A stretch of DNA of 64,000 nt from Patescibacteria group bacterium (GTDB lineage Bacteria > Patescibacteriota > Patescibacteriia > Buchananbacterales > UBA6539). The stretch spans positions 236,190-300,189 of the forward strand of contig JAVEXP010000001.1 of NCBI GenBank assembly GCA_034003985.1. Direction: 5' to 3'. The position numbers and the translations under genes are program-made. Below are positions 8,004-18,007 of the stretch, piece by piece (position 1 is the first letter of the stretch; every line of letters starts with the position of its first letter). The notes beneath the pieces are model-generated. The model worked only from the letters and a program-made list of their open reading frames with translations. It made no database searches and was not told where the DNA came from.

Positions 8004-10604
8004 TTATTTGATGATAATTTTTTCTTTATTGATGTCAACTTTGATTTTTTTGTTTGAAATAATTTTGTTTTCAATTATCTTTATAGCCAGCTCATCCAAA
8101 ATTAAATTTTGAATCAATCTTTTCAGCGGTCTGGCGCCATAAATTGGATTAAATCCTTTTTGGGCCAAATAATTTTTGAGAGCTTCGGTAAAAGTTAGTT
8201 CAATTTGTTTTTTGGTTAAGCGACTGCCAACACTGGCCAGCTGAAGATCAACAATTTGTTTAATTTCTTTTTCGGTCAATGCGTGGAAAGTGATTATTTC
8301 GTCAATCCGGTTGAGGAATTCCGGCTTGAAAGTTTTATGAAGGATTTCGTTTATCTTTTTTTCCATTTCTTCTTGGCTGATGATGTCATTTTTCTTTTTA
8401 TCTGAAAATCCCAATGAATATTCTTTAATCACTTCACTGCCTAAATTGGAGGTCATTATAATGATTGTATTCTTGAAGTTTATTTTTCGGCCTTTGGCAT
8501 CGGTAAGTTGACCGTCATCAAGAACTTGCAGCAAGATATTAAAAACATCAAGATGAGCTTTTTCGATTTCATCAAATAGAATTATGGCGTATGGCCGGCG
8601 GCGGATTATTTCGGAAAGTTGGCCGCCTTCTTCGTAGCCAATATAGCCGGGTGGCGAACCAATCATTTTGGAGACGCTGTGTTTTTCCATATATTCGGAC
8701 ATATCCAGTCGAACTAACGATTTTTCGTCATTAAACATCGCACTCGCCAGCGCTTTAGCCGTTTCGGTTTTGCCGACGCCAGTTGGCCCCAAGAAAATGA
8801 ACGAACCGATTGGCCTATTTTCTTCGGCAATGCCCGCTCGTGATCGCCTGACGGCGTTGGCAATCGCTTTAATCGCTTGAGTCTGCCCCACTACCCTTTT
8901 GCTAAGCTCATTTTCAAGTTTGGCTAGCTTTTGACTTTCACTTTCTAGCATTTTAGAAACCGGAATACCGGTCCAGCGGGCGACCACCGCGGCAATATCT
9001 TCGGGCGTTACTTCTTCTTTGAGAATTTTTTGATCCTTTTGAATTTCCGCTAGTTTGGCGGAAGTGGCCTTGGTCTGTTTTTCAAGTTCAGGAATTTTGC
9101 CATATTTTATTTCGGCGACTTTATCCAATTCTCCTCGCCGCTCGGCAATGTCGGCCTCGACTTTCAATTGATCAATTTTATTTTTGGCTTCTTGAATTTC
9201 TTTGATTAGATTCTTTTCGTTTTGCCAGTGAATCTCGATTTGATTGCTTTTTTCTTTTATGTCGGCCAGCTCTTTTTCCAGATTTTTTAGCCGGGCTGCC
9301 GAAGATTCGATTTTTTCTTTTTTAAGAGCCTGTTTGGCGATTTCCAGCTGGGTAATTTTTCGTTTTAAAACATCAAGCTCATCAGGCATGGAATCAATTT
9401 CCATTCTGATGGCGGAAGTGGCTTCGTCAATCAAGTCAATGGCTTTGTCAGGTAAAAACCGGTCGGTAATGTAACGGCTGGACAATTCAACGGCCGAAAC
9501 AATGGCGTTGTCGGTAATTTTAACTCCATGATGAATTTCGTATTTTTCTTTAATCCCGCGCAGAATGGCGATGGCATCTTCGGTGGACGGTTCAGTGACA
9601 TAAACCGGTTGGAATCTTCTTTCTAAAGCGGCGTCTTTTTCAATGTATTTTTGATATTCTTTGAGCGTAGTCGCGCCAATGGCGTGTAAGGTGCCTCGGG
9701 CCAAAGCCGGTTTTAACATATTGGCGGCATCAACCGCGCCTTCGGCGCCGCCGGCACCGACAACCAAATGCAGTTCATCAATAAACAAAATGATTTGACC
9801 GGATGCTTCTTCAACCTCTTTCAGAACCGCTTTAAGCCGTTCTTCAAATTCTCCGCGAAATTTAGCACCCGCCACCAGACTGCCGATATCTAAAGAAATC
9901 AAATCCTTATTTTTTAAACTTTCAGGGACATCGCCATCGGCAATTCGTTGGGCTAAGCCCTCGGCAATAGCCGTTTTGCCGGTACCTGGTTCGCCAATTA
10001 ACACCGGATTATTTTTGGTTTTGCGAGACAAAACCTGCATTACCCTTCGAATTTCGGTATTGCGGCCGATAATCGGATCAAGTTTTCCAATTTTAGCCAG
10101 TCGAGTTAAATTAATGCCATAGCGCGATAAAGATTGATATTTACTTTCCGGTTCGGGGTCGATAATTCGATGATTGCCTCGAATGTCTTTTAAAACTTTT
10201 AAAACCTGATCATATTTGATATTTAAAATACCAGAGACTTCCGATTGAATCTCCAGCAGGGCAAGTAAAAAATGTTCGGTGCTGATGTATTGGTCATCCA
10301 TTTTTTTGGCTTCGGTTTCGGCTTGTGCCAGAATTTTTTGCAGAGTGGAGCTTAATTGTTGAGTCAGGTTATTTCCACTGCTTACGGGCGGAATTTTCAA
10401 AAGTTCGTTTTCCAATTGGCCTAGTAACTCATTAATGTTGACTTCTAATTTTTTGAGAACGGCGCCGACAATACCTTCAGGCTGTTGGATGAGGGCCAAT
10501 AATAAATGCGGGCTGGAAATCAGCTGTTGGTTTTTTTGGCCGGCAATGGCAATTGTTTTTTGCAAAGCTTCCTGAGCCTTGAGGGTTAATTGCTGAGGAT
10601 TCAT
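8004..10604 (-). CDS. clpB: Chaperone ClpB (two AAA+ modules with a coiled-coil middle domain)
   Basis: [15 protein letters not shown] and [16 protein letters not shown] Walker A motifs; long M-domain coiled coil. Probable ATG start at MNPQQLTL (10604). The ORF-track start at 10634 is a GTG inside the CIRCE element. Confidence 0.9.
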   Translation of the reverse strand: MNPQQLTLKAQEALQKTIAIAGQKNQQLISSPHLLLALIQQPEGIVGAVLKKLEVNINELLGQLENELLKIPPVSSGNNLTQQLSSTLQKILAQAETEAKKMDDQYISTEHFLLALLEIQSEVSGILNIKYDQVLKVLKDIRGNHRIIDPEPESKYQSLSRYGINLTRLAKIGKLDPIIGRNTEIRRVMQVLSRKTKNNPVLIGEPGTGKTAIAEGLAQRIADGDVPESLKNKDLISLDIGSLVAGAKFRGEFEERLKAVLKEVEEASGQIILFIDELHLVVGAGGAEGAVDAANMLKPALARGTLHAIGATTLKEYQKYIEKDAALERRFQPVYVTEPSTEDAIAILRGIKEKYEIHHGVKITDNAIVSAVELSSRYITDRFLPDKAIDLIDEATSAIRMEIDSMPDELDVLKRKITQLEIAKQALKKEKIESSAARLKNLEKELADIKEKSNQIEIHWQNEKNLIKEIQEAKNKIDQLKVEADIAERRGELDKVAEIKYGKIPELEKQTKATSAKLAEIQKDQKILKEEVTPEDIAAVVARWTGIPVSKMLESESQKLAKLENELSKRVVGQTQAIKAIANAVRRSRAGIAEENRPIGSFIFLGPTGVGKTETAKALASAMFNDEKSLVRLDMSEYMEKHSVSKMIGSPPGYIGYEEGGQLSEIIRRRPYAIILFDEIEKAHLDVFNILLQVLDDGQLTDAKGRKINFKNTIIIMTSNLGSEVIKEYSLGFSDKKKNDIISQEEMEKKINEILHKTFKPEFLNRIDEIITFHALTEKEIKQIVDLQLASVGSRLTKKQIELTFTEALKNYLAQKGFNPIYGARPLKRLIQNLILDELAIKIIENKIISNKKIKVDINKEKIIIK

Positions 10605-10627
10605 ATAATTTAAGGGTTTAATTTTAA

Positions 10628-10654
10628 TTAGCACTCTAATACATAGAGTGCTAA
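10628..10654 (-). promoter_or_regulatory. CIRCE element (HrcA operator) TTAGCACTC-N9-GAGTGCTAA upstream of clpB
   Basis: Exact match to the CIRCE consensus with a 9-nt spacer (TAATACATA), immediately downstream of a consensus promoter. Confidence 0.85.
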
Positions 10655-10657
10655 TTT

Positions 10658-10685
10658 ATTATAATATATATTTTTGGGTTGTCAA
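10658..10685 (-). promoter_or_regulatory. Consensus sigma-70 promoter TTGACA-16-TATAAT driving clpB
   Basis: Minus-strand reading is TTGACAacccaaaaatatatatTATAAT, directly followed by CIRCE. Confidence 0.7.
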
Positions 10686-10688
10686 GAC

Positions 10689-11837
10689 TCAGAATGGGAA
10701 AATATTGAGGATGACGCCAATTAAAAATATTGCCACCAAAAAATAGATTGCTAATTTGGGAATATTTAAATTGTATTCCGGTCGGCGATTGCCTTTGGTT
10801 TTGGCCTTGAGATAAATAAAGGCAATGGTAATAACATCAATTCCTAAAGTAACTGCCCCAGTAAAACCGACGATGGCGATAAAATTTTTAAGTCCGGCCA
10901 GATACAATAACAAGGGCGTAATCACTGCCAATGTCCAAGAGTGAAAATGGTTGAATTTCAGATCAAACCAGAGGATTTTTTTGATTGTAACGCCGATTGT
11001 CAGATAGGAGGTAAATGTGGTAATAATTCCAAAAATATAACCGATCGCAATTATTTTTTCCCCCAGGGCTAAACCTAGCCCATCAAGACCGTCGGGTGTA
11101 GTTTGACCGCCTGATATTCCCAAGACGATGAAGATAAATAATAGGTAGGTGCCAGTGGGGATAAGCAAACCAACCGTAATTAGATTTTTCAACCATTTGG
11201 TCTGGTTTTCCAGAATTTCTTTGGTTTCGGGAATAACTGACAAACCGGAAAGAGAAAACAATATGACGCCGTAAGGCAGAATCAGGTTTTTAAAATTTAG
11301 GTCAACCGTCAGTAAGTTAGCTAGCTGAATGTGCGGCCAACTTTCAACGGTCAGAAAAGTTAAGATGCCGAAGAATAACAGTAAACTAAAGAGTTCCGAT
11401 CGAGCGATTGATTTGCTGCCTAGAAATATAATGAACGCGCCACTGGCGAAAAATATCATGGTGTAAGCCAACTCATTGCCACCAAAGTAAGGAATCAACA
11501 GATCGGCTAAAAATCCCCCGCCGATGATGATGTAAGCCAAATTTGCGCCAATTAGTCCGATGGAGTTGGTAATAATCGGCAACCATTTGAATTTTTTTCC
11601 CAAGTAGAATTCAGTGTAGCCGGGTAAACGGTGTAAAGAAGAAGTGCGCAGACAAATTTCGCCATAAAGCAGTTGAATTGTAATCATGGCAAGGGTCATG
11701 ATTACAAAATAGAAGATCATTGGAATAAAACCGATTTTGGCGGTGACGAAAGGCAAACCAAAGAGGCCGACTCCGATAATAGTTCCGGAAAATGTTGATA
11801 AGGCAAGAAGATATTTTTTCATTTGGCAAAAAATCAA
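10689..11837 (-). CDS. Amino acid permease (aromatic/hydroxy amino acid permease-like, ~11 TM)
   Basis: 382 aa polytopic protein. GTIIGVGLFGLPFVTAKIGFIPMIFYFVIMT N-terminal motif typical of the Trp/Tyr permease/AAAP families. Confidence 0.6.
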   Translation of the reverse strand: MIFCQMKKYLLALSTFSGTIIGVGLFGLPFVTAKIGFIPMIFYFVIMTLAMITIQLLYGEICLRTSSLHRLPGYTEFYLGKKFKWLPIITNSIGLIGANLAYIIIGGGFLADLLIPYFGGNELAYTMIFFASGAFIIFLGSKSIARSELFSLLLFFGILTFLTVESWPHIQLANLLTVDLNFKNLILPYGVILFSLSGLSVIPETKEILENQTKWLKNLITVGLLIPTGTYLLFIFIVLGISGGQTTPDGLDGLGLALGEKIIAIGYIFGIITTFTSYLTIGVTIKKILWFDLKFNHFHSWTLAVITPLLLYLAGLKNFIAIVGFTGAVTLGIDVITIAFIYLKAKTKGNRRPEYNLNIPKLAIYFLVAIFLIGVILNIFPF

Positions 11838-11899
11838 TAGAAATTAAATCACATTGAAGTCCCGTAATTTTTGACGGGATATATGTTTAATTATAACAA

Positions 11900-11930
11900 A
11901 AAATCAGGAACCTGTCCCCTGATTTTTTGT
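11900..11930. terminator. Bidirectional terminator ATCAGG-N9-CCTGAT with flanking T/A runs
   Basis: aaaaaatcaggaacctgtcccctgattttttgtt; downstream of ugd (minus strand) and upstream of the permease promoter. Confidence 0.55.
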
Positions 11931-11942
11931 TGGGTGGGAAAG

Positions 11943-13247
11943 TTAACGACCGATGCCGAAGTATTTGAAACCACCGGTCCTGGCCGTTTGCGGATCAAAG
12001 ATATTGCGACCGTCAAAAATAATGGGAGTAAGCATTAATTCTTTAGCCTTGACTAAATCAATAGCTTTGAATTCGTCCCATTCGGTGCAGATAATCAAGG
12101 CTTCGGATCCTTCAAGCGCCTCATTGATGTTGGAACAATATTCGATATCGCTAACGATTTTTTTGGTATTATCCATAGCTTGGGGGTCGTAAGCCTTTAT
12201 TTTTGCCCCTTCTTTTTTTAGGACATTAATGATTTTCAAGGCGGGAGCATTCCTAATATCATCAGTATTTGGCTTAAAGGCCAATCCTAGAACGGTGATG
12301 GTTTTACCGTCTAAAACCCATAGTTCCCTTTCAATTTTTTTAACAAATCGATCGATGGCATTTTGGTTAATGTTTTCAACCGCTGAAACAAAGCTTGAAT
12401 CAATTCCCAGAATTTCCAGAGTTTTTTTGTAAGCGGCGATGTCTTTGGGAAAACAGCTGCCGCCAAAGCCAATTCCGGGGTTAAGGAATTGTTTGCCAAT
12501 TCTTTCATCTAAACCGATGGCAGCTAAAACTTCGGTGACATCGGCGCCGGCTTCTTCACAAGTATGAGCGATTAAATTGGCAAAGGAAATTTTGGTGGCT
12601 AAAAAAGTATTGGCTCCGTGTTTGATTAATTCGGCGCTGCGAACCGAGGTGATTTTTACTGGCGCTTTGGTCCGGTCAATAAGTGGTTTGTATAACTCCA
12701 GCATTTTGGCTTTGGCTTCTTCGGAGTCGACTCCGATAACAATGCGATCCGGCTCCAAGGTGTCTTTAATCGCCGTTCCTTCCCGGAGGAATTCTGGATT
12801 GGAGACAACATCAAATTTAGCTTCGGAAGTGCAGTAACGATTGATGGTTTCTTTTACTTTTTCGGCGGTTTTGACCGGAACAGTACTTTTGTCTACGATG
12901 ACTTTATAGTCACCATTCATGGTTTTAGCAATTTCTCTGGCAACTCCCTCAACATATTTTAAATCAGCATGGCCGTCAGCTTTCGGCGGAGTATTAACGC
13001 AAATAAAGATTATTTCCGATTCCCTAACGGCTAATGGCAAGTCATCAGTAAATGTTAATCTTTGGGCTTGTTGATTGCTGGTAATCAGCTCGTCCAATCC
13101 TGGTTCAAAAATCGGTGATTTTCCTTGTTTAAGTTTGGCTAGTTTTTCCGGGTCATTGTCGACGCAAATGGTCTGATGTCCTAAGTCGGCCAGACAGGTG
13201 CCGGTGGTTAATCCGACATAGCCAGTACCAATGATGGCAATCTTCAT
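11943..13247 (-). CDS. ugd: UDP-glucose 6-dehydrogenase-family nucleotide-sugar dehydrogenase
   Basis: MKIAIIGTGYVGLTTG Rossmann N-terminus; GGSCFPKDI catalytic Cys motif; 434 aa. Confidence 0.85.
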   Translation of the reverse strand: MKIAIIGTGYVGLTTGTCLADLGHQTICVDNDPEKLAKLKQGKSPIFEPGLDELITSNQQAQRLTFTDDLPLAVRESEIIFICVNTPPKADGHADLKYVEGVAREIAKTMNGDYKVIVDKSTVPVKTAEKVKETINRYCTSEAKFDVVSNPEFLREGTAIKDTLEPDRIVIGVDSEEAKAKMLELYKPLIDRTKAPVKITSVRSAELIKHGANTFLATKISFANLIAHTCEEAGADVTEVLAAIGLDERIGKQFLNPGIGFGGSCFPKDIAAYKKTLEILGIDSSFVSAVENINQNAIDRFVKKIERELWVLDGKTITVLGLAFKPNTDDIRNAPALKIINVLKKEGAKIKAYDPQAMDNTKKIVSDIEYCSNINEALEGSEALIICTEWDEFKAIDLVKAKELMLTPIIFDGRNIFDPQTARTGGFKYFGIGR

Positions 13248-13370
13248 AAAGTTACAATAAAATAAAAAAGATTAGTATTAAAACCTAATCATAAATCTAC
13301 AGTAATGATGACGATAATTAAAAATAACTGTTACAGTGTGAAAGTATTTTAGACTATTTTCGGTTAGCTG

Positions 13371-15269
13371 TCAAAATTTTACAACTTGACCTGGTTTGAT
13401 GTTTTTGACCTCAGGTGTCTCGTCTTCAGCCGATTGATTCTCTGGCGAAATCGGCGCCGATGAAGGTTTGGCTGAAGTGGCAAGTTTTTTTTCGACCAAT
13501 TCGTGAAGCGTTATTTTTTTAGCCGTCGGCGGTTTACCGGATTGTTGACTTTGTTCCGACTCGTTCGGCCGGTTGGTTTTTTCAAATAGCTGAGGCGGAG
13601 TGCTGATTGCTTCTTGGAGGGAAATTTCTGGCTGGGGGTTTTGGGATTTTACTTCCTCAATTTTTCCGGGAATTTCACCAGTAATTAACTCAGATTTGAT
13701 GTTTTGAAAACATTTTTGACAATAAATCGGCCGTAGGCCATCGGGTTTAAAAGTTACTTCGGTCGGCTGGCCACATTCGTAGCAATTGACCGTATAGGTC
13801 TTTTTTTCTTTTCTCTTTTTATTTCGGTTTGATTTATCGTTATCTTTGCCGGTTGATTGGCTTGGTCCTCTGTCGTTGTTGTGGCGTGGTGGGTTTGTTT
13901 TTAGAACGGTTGGCGGTTGGTTATCTTTTTTTTCTGGTTCTTTGGAGATTGAAACTTGTTTAGTATCGGCAATATTAATTTCGACACTATGCCAGCGGCT
14001 GATTTTATCTTCAACAACATCCCGAGGCCGAGCGTATCTCTCTCGCGAGACATTAATTACTTTGGATCTATTATTGGTTAAAAATGTTTCGCCTAGCGGC
14101 GGTAAAGTGGTGGCGGAAAATGGATTGGAGGCAATGCCATCAATCATCAATTTCAAATAGATGTCGTATTTTGCCAAGTTGACCAGATCTTCGGGGGTAA
14201 AATACGGAGCAAATTCTGTTTCCAAAGCTTCAGCGTCAGTTGCGCCCACCCGGAAACAGACAATGGTTCCGACATTGCCGAAGACGGCGGCGCTTACCGT
14301 TTCATCCAATTGTTCAATGTATTGATGACCAATGGTGAGGTTGAGGCGGTATTTTCTGGCTTCCGAAAGAATAGTGGCAAAAGATTCAGTGGCAAAATTT
14401 TGAAATTCGTCAACATACAAATAAAAATCTTTACGGTTTTCTTCTGGAGTGTCAATCCGACTCATGGCTGCCAGCTGAATTTTAGTAATCATCATCGCCC
14501 CCAATAAGGCGGAAGAGTCTTCGCCAATCCGGCCTTTGGATAAATTAAGAATTAGAATTTTTTGATTATCCATGACTTCGCGCAGGTCAAAACTTGATTT
14601 GACCTGGCCGACGACATTTCTGATTAAAGCCGTTGAAAGAAATTGGCCGACTTTGTTTTGAATTGGAGCGATTGCTTCAACTTGGAATTGTTGAGGGTAT
14701 TTGGAAAACTCTTCTACCCAAAAGGATTTGACAACCGGGTCTTGAATTTTTTCAATTACTTTTTTGCGGTAATTTTTGTCAACCAGTATTCTCATTACCC
14801 CAAGCAAAGTGCTGCCGGGATAATCTAATAGGGCGAGAATAGCGTTACGCAGCAGGTATTCAAGTCTGGGACCCCAGGAGTCGGCCCAGAGTTTTTTGAA
14901 CACTCCGACCAGTCCCGAAGCAATAAGATGTTTATGTTCCTGGGAAACCGATTCCATCACATTAAAGGCCACCGGATATTGAATGTCGGCCGGGTTGAGA
15001 TAAACTATGTCGTTAACGCGGTAACTCGGTATGAAATCAAGGATCTTTTCGGCAAAATCACCATGAGGATCTACTAAGGCAACGCCTTCGCCGTTAACAA
15101 TATCCTGGATGATCATGTTTTCCATCATCGTTGATTTGCCCATACCGGTTTTACCGATGATATAGGTATGGCGCCGACGGTCATCCTGCTTGATGCCAAA
15201 CTTGGTTCGAATATTACGAAAATTTGTTTCGGCAAAATAGACAATTTTATTTTTATTTTCTTCAGCCAT
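13371..15269 (-). CDS. VirD4/TraG/TraD-like type IV coupling-protein ATPase without transmembrane segments, with a C-terminal low-complexity tail and C4 zinc ribbon
   Basis: P-loop IIGKTGMGKST; DPHGD motif after Walker A; Walker B LYVDEFQNF followed by LTIGHQYIEQL (T4CP-type hQxxxQL). No hydrophobic N-terminus. C-terminal CYECGQPTEVTFKPDGLRPIYCQKC. Confidence 0.6.
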   Translation of the reverse strand: MAEENKNKIVYFAETNFRNIRTKFGIKQDDRRRHTYIIGKTGMGKSTMMENMIIQDIVNGEGVALVDPHGDFAEKILDFIPSYRVNDIVYLNPADIQYPVAFNVMESVSQEHKHLIASGLVGVFKKLWADSWGPRLEYLLRNAILALLDYPGSTLLGVMRILVDKNYRKKVIEKIQDPVVKSFWVEEFSKYPQQFQVEAIAPIQNKVGQFLSTALIRNVVGQVKSSFDLREVMDNQKILILNLSKGRIGEDSSALLGAMMITKIQLAAMSRIDTPEENRKDFYLYVDEFQNFATESFATILSEARKYRLNLTIGHQYIEQLDETVSAAVFGNVGTIVCFRVGATDAEALETEFAPYFTPEDLVNLAKYDIYLKLMIDGIASNPFSATTLPPLGETFLTNNRSKVINVSRERYARPRDVVEDKISRWHSVEINIADTKQVSISKEPEKKDNQPPTVLKTNPPRHNNDRGPSQSTGKDNDKSNRNKKRKEKKTYTVNCYECGQPTEVTFKPDGLRPIYCQKCFQNIKSELITGEIPGKIEEVKSQNPQPEISLQEAISTPPQLFEKTNRPNESEQSQQSGKPPTAKKITLHELVEKKLATSAKPSSAPISPENQSAEDETPEVKNIKPGQVVKF

Positions 15270-15284
15270 ATAGTGGAAATGATA

Positions 15285-16637
15285 TTAGGAAGTTGGTAAA
15301 TTGGTCGGCGGGGTGGTTTTGGGAGCGTCGCTAGTTGGGTGTTTATGAATTTCCCGTCTTTCAACCGGCAGGCCAATTGGGGCTTCGGCCCGTTTGGCTT
15401 CAGTTTTCTTAACTAGCGGTGCCTTGACTTTCAAAAGCGGGAAATGCCACAGACTAGCCAATTCCTCAGTATTGAGGATAAATCCATATTCACCGGGATT
15501 TAGAGAATGGGCCCGGTCTTTATAGCGGAATAAAATCCGATTTTTTCGCCATTTTAAACGAATTTTGGTAAACCAGACAAGACCACCGGTAAAAAATTTA
15601 GCGTCGGGTTTTAGAGAGTTTAAGCCAAGATCATTGAATTGTTTGAAAGAGCCATACAACCCTTGGGCGGCTTTAACTTTTTTGAAATATGGTTTTTCGG
15701 CGATGTAAATCAATCTCATTCTGACATGGAAACCAATTTTGCTAACCTTGTGTTCAATAGCCGCTACTTCGTCTTTTTTACCTTGAGTCAAGTATAACAT
15801 TTGATTGGGTGGTTCGTCTTTAGACCCTTGGGAACTTTCTTCCGTCGTGTTCATTGCGGCAATTAAGGAATTGGGAATATCATAAATCAAGTCAAAGATA
15901 TTTTTTTTCGGCTTAGTACTGGCACCAATGATTTTATTGATGACTGGTTGAGCCTTTTCGCCCCAGTCGTTATCAGCCGGGGTAATAACATATTGAAGCC
16001 ATAATTCTTCTCCCGGGCCAATGCGGCTCATGGCCTCCAAAATTGAAGCCATGGGATCTTTAATCTCTTGGGAGATTGAGTCTTCAAATTCTTTATAAGT
16101 GATTATAGGGTAAACATCATTTTTGGCTAATTTGATTTCTGCTCCAAGTAAATCATATTTGTCGTTGGGAAATTTCAAATTCCAGTCTTTGGTATAATCT
16201 TCGATTTCGGTAATCTCCGCGTCCGGATATTGGGCGTAGATTATGGCTTCAATTAAATCGCGGTAAGTATCAACCAAGTGAACGATAAATTGGATGTAAC
16301 CGCCAATGCTGACAATCTCAAAGCTGAAACTATTATTAATTTCGCCAAACCACCATTTTTCATAAAAGCCTAAAGGTTGATGGGCACCGGCCAGATGGGC
16401 AAAAATGTTTTCAACCGCTCGAGGTGTTTGTTCGTTGTCTTTGGGGATGTCGATAGCCAACAGAATATAGTTACGCTCTTGGCGGTATCTATTGCGGATG
16501 TAATTTTGCCATACCAAAAGCATTCCATAGACAAACAAAAAGACCGGATAAATCCAGCCGACGGTTTTAGTCAACCACCAGGCGAAAGCGAAGGGGTCGG
16601 ATATTGGAATATTACTTAAATCAATCGTAATTTCCAT
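15285..16637 (-). CDS. Single-pass membrane protein of unknown function (one N-terminal TM helix, ~400-aa soluble domain), co-operonic with the coupling-protein-like ATPase
   Basis: Hydrophobic segment WWLTKTVGWIYPVFLFVYGMLLVW near the N-terminus. No recognisable catalytic motifs. 15-nt gap to the downstream ATPase gene. Confidence 0.5.
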   Translation of the reverse strand: MEITIDLSNIPISDPFAFAWWLTKTVGWIYPVFLFVYGMLLVWQNYIRNRYRQERNYILLAIDIPKDNEQTPRAVENIFAHLAGAHQPLGFYEKWWFGEINNSFSFEIVSIGGYIQFIVHLVDTYRDLIEAIIYAQYPDAEITEIEDYTKDWNLKFPNDKYDLLGAEIKLAKNDVYPIITYKEFEDSISQEIKDPMASILEAMSRIGPGEELWLQYVITPADNDWGEKAQPVINKIIGASTKPKKNIFDLIYDIPNSLIAAMNTTEESSQGSKDEPPNQMLYLTQGKKDEVAAIEHKVSKIGFHVRMRLIYIAEKPYFKKVKAAQGLYGSFKQFNDLGLNSLKPDAKFFTGGLVWFTKIRLKWRKNRILFRYKDRAHSLNPGEYGFILNTEELASLWHFPLLKVKAPLVKKTEAKRAEAPIGLPVERREIHKHPTSDAPKTTPPTNLPTS

Positions 16638-16665
16638 AGCGAAAATTAATTTTTCTTTTTATTTT

Positions 16666-17856
16666 TTATTGGTTAAGAGTATACCGGCCATCCGGCAGCT
16701 TGGTGATTTTGTCTTTATTAGTCAAAGCCAAATAAATAGTGCTTTTGCGAACGATTCTTTGATCGGAAACGGCTTTAACGATTTCTTCTTTGGTCATGGG
16801 GTGATTGGCATTTTTAAGAATTTCAACAATTGTATCCATAACTGTTCCTGGTTTATAGCCCCATTCTTTAAGGGCATAAATACCGCGGCCGACCAGGACA
16901 TAGCGGTCGTCTAAAATGAGTTCATTGTGGATGGTAGCCGGGTAGGCGATTTTTTTATCAAAATTAGTTTGATTGATTAATTCGGTAATTTCAGTAAAAT
17001 GAAGAGGCCGGCCGGCTTTTTTTAAGACCAAATAAACTTTATCGCTCATTCTTTTTGGTCGAACCGTATTCCATTTATTCAATCCCCATTCTCCAAGGAT
17101 ATTTTGATCAATGTGGCGGCTGATTTTTAAGTAAGACTTAACAGCATTATTGATTTCTTCATCCAATCTATCGTGATCAGAGCCAATTTTTAGAGACGCC
17201 AGGTTATCCTGGTTGTTGACATAAAATTCGCTTTGACGAAAAGTACCAATCAGATCCTCGGTAGCCAGGAGTTTATTTTGAGAATTAATGATGCCAACTA
17301 ATTCATTAATAGATTTTTTGACCAAATCAATTGGTACTAATGGGAGTTTCCAGCCGGTAAGGATGTCTTGATCAGATTTGATGCGATGGATTTTGTCGTT
17401 TAGTAATTTGGACAAAATAAAATTAGAGGATTCATAATTCCCTTTTTCAGAATTAGTGTTGGTGATTTGATCCAGGAGGTGATATTCTTCCATTATGCCG
17501 CCATGTTTTTCCAGTAGGTGAATAATGTGTTGTTCGGCTGTTGAAAGTTCATTTTTTAAATCTTTTAAATCATGGAGTTTTTTAACTGTGGCGGTTTCAA
17601 TCTGTCTAATGCGTTCTCTGGTGATATCGTAATATTTTCCAATTTGTTCCAAGGTTTCCTTGTCTTTGCCCATTAAACCAAATCGACGACTTAAAATATC
17701 GCTTTCTTTGGTTGAAAGATTTTTCAGCAAATTGGCCACCAGGTCGTTTGGATTGAACTGAGCTGCTTGATATTTTTCCTGGCTTTCAATTATTTTGTCT
17801 AGAATTGAATTCTGTGGGTTCATATAAATATTGTAATTTTGACTAAAATAAGACAA
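16666..17856 (-). CDS. Putative transcription factor: sigma-70 region-4-like HTH followed by two winged-helix (HARE-HTH-like) segments
   Basis: LSTKESDILSRRFGLMGKDKETLEQIGKYYDITRERIRQIETATVKKL (sigma-70 r4 pattern). C-terminal ...RPLHFTEITELINQ... and ...HPMTKEEIVKAV... segments resemble RpoE-delta/HARE-HTH. Confidence 0.5.
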   Translation of the reverse strand: MSYFSQNYNIYMNPQNSILDKIIESQEKYQAAQFNPNDLVANLLKNLSTKESDILSRRFGLMGKDKETLEQIGKYYDITRERIRQIETATVKKLHDLKDLKNELSTAEQHIIHLLEKHGGIMEEYHLLDQITNTNSEKGNYESSNFILSKLLNDKIHRIKSDQDILTGWKLPLVPIDLVKKSINELVGIINSQNKLLATEDLIGTFRQSEFYVNNQDNLASLKIGSDHDRLDEEINNAVKSYLKISRHIDQNILGEWGLNKWNTVRPKRMSDKVYLVLKKAGRPLHFTEITELINQTNFDKKIAYPATIHNELILDDRYVLVGRGIYALKEWGYKPGTVMDTIVEILKNANHPMTKEEIVKAVSDQRIVRKSTIYLALTNKDKITKLPDGRYTLNQ

Positions 17857-17895
17857 AAATTTTAAGATCGGGAAAATCTTATTTTTATTTCCTTT

Positions 17896-17924
17896 AATAT
17901 ATCATAAAATTTATATATAGTCAA
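17896..17924 (-). promoter_or_regulatory. Sigma-70-like promoter TTGACT-17-TATATT for the 16666..17856 operon, overlapping a GTCAAG-T-CTTGAC palindrome
   Basis: Minus-strand reading is TTGACTatatataaattttatgaTATATT. The palindrome at 17921-17933 overlaps the -35. Confidence 0.5.
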
Positions 17925-18007
17925 GTCTTGACCAAAATATTTGAAATATTGTATTACAAAAACCATTCAAGGTATTGTTGCCAAAAATGGTTTTTAGTTA
18001 GCTAAAT

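Noticed and set aside
7818-8057. 79-aa plus-strand ORF (MLQKKVAKKPLPQKK...) from the ORF track
   Set aside because: It is the alternative reading frame of the acidic-repeat region. It lacks an RBS, runs through the 7973-7997 terminator and into the clpB 3' end. The frame starting at 7793 has the RBS and ends before the terminator.
11611-12837. Short ORFs antisense to or out of frame with the permease and ugd genes (11611..11829, 11953..12192, 12229..12432, 12311..12508, 12577..12837)
   Set aside because: Embedded in well-supported longer CDSs; no RBS or promoter.
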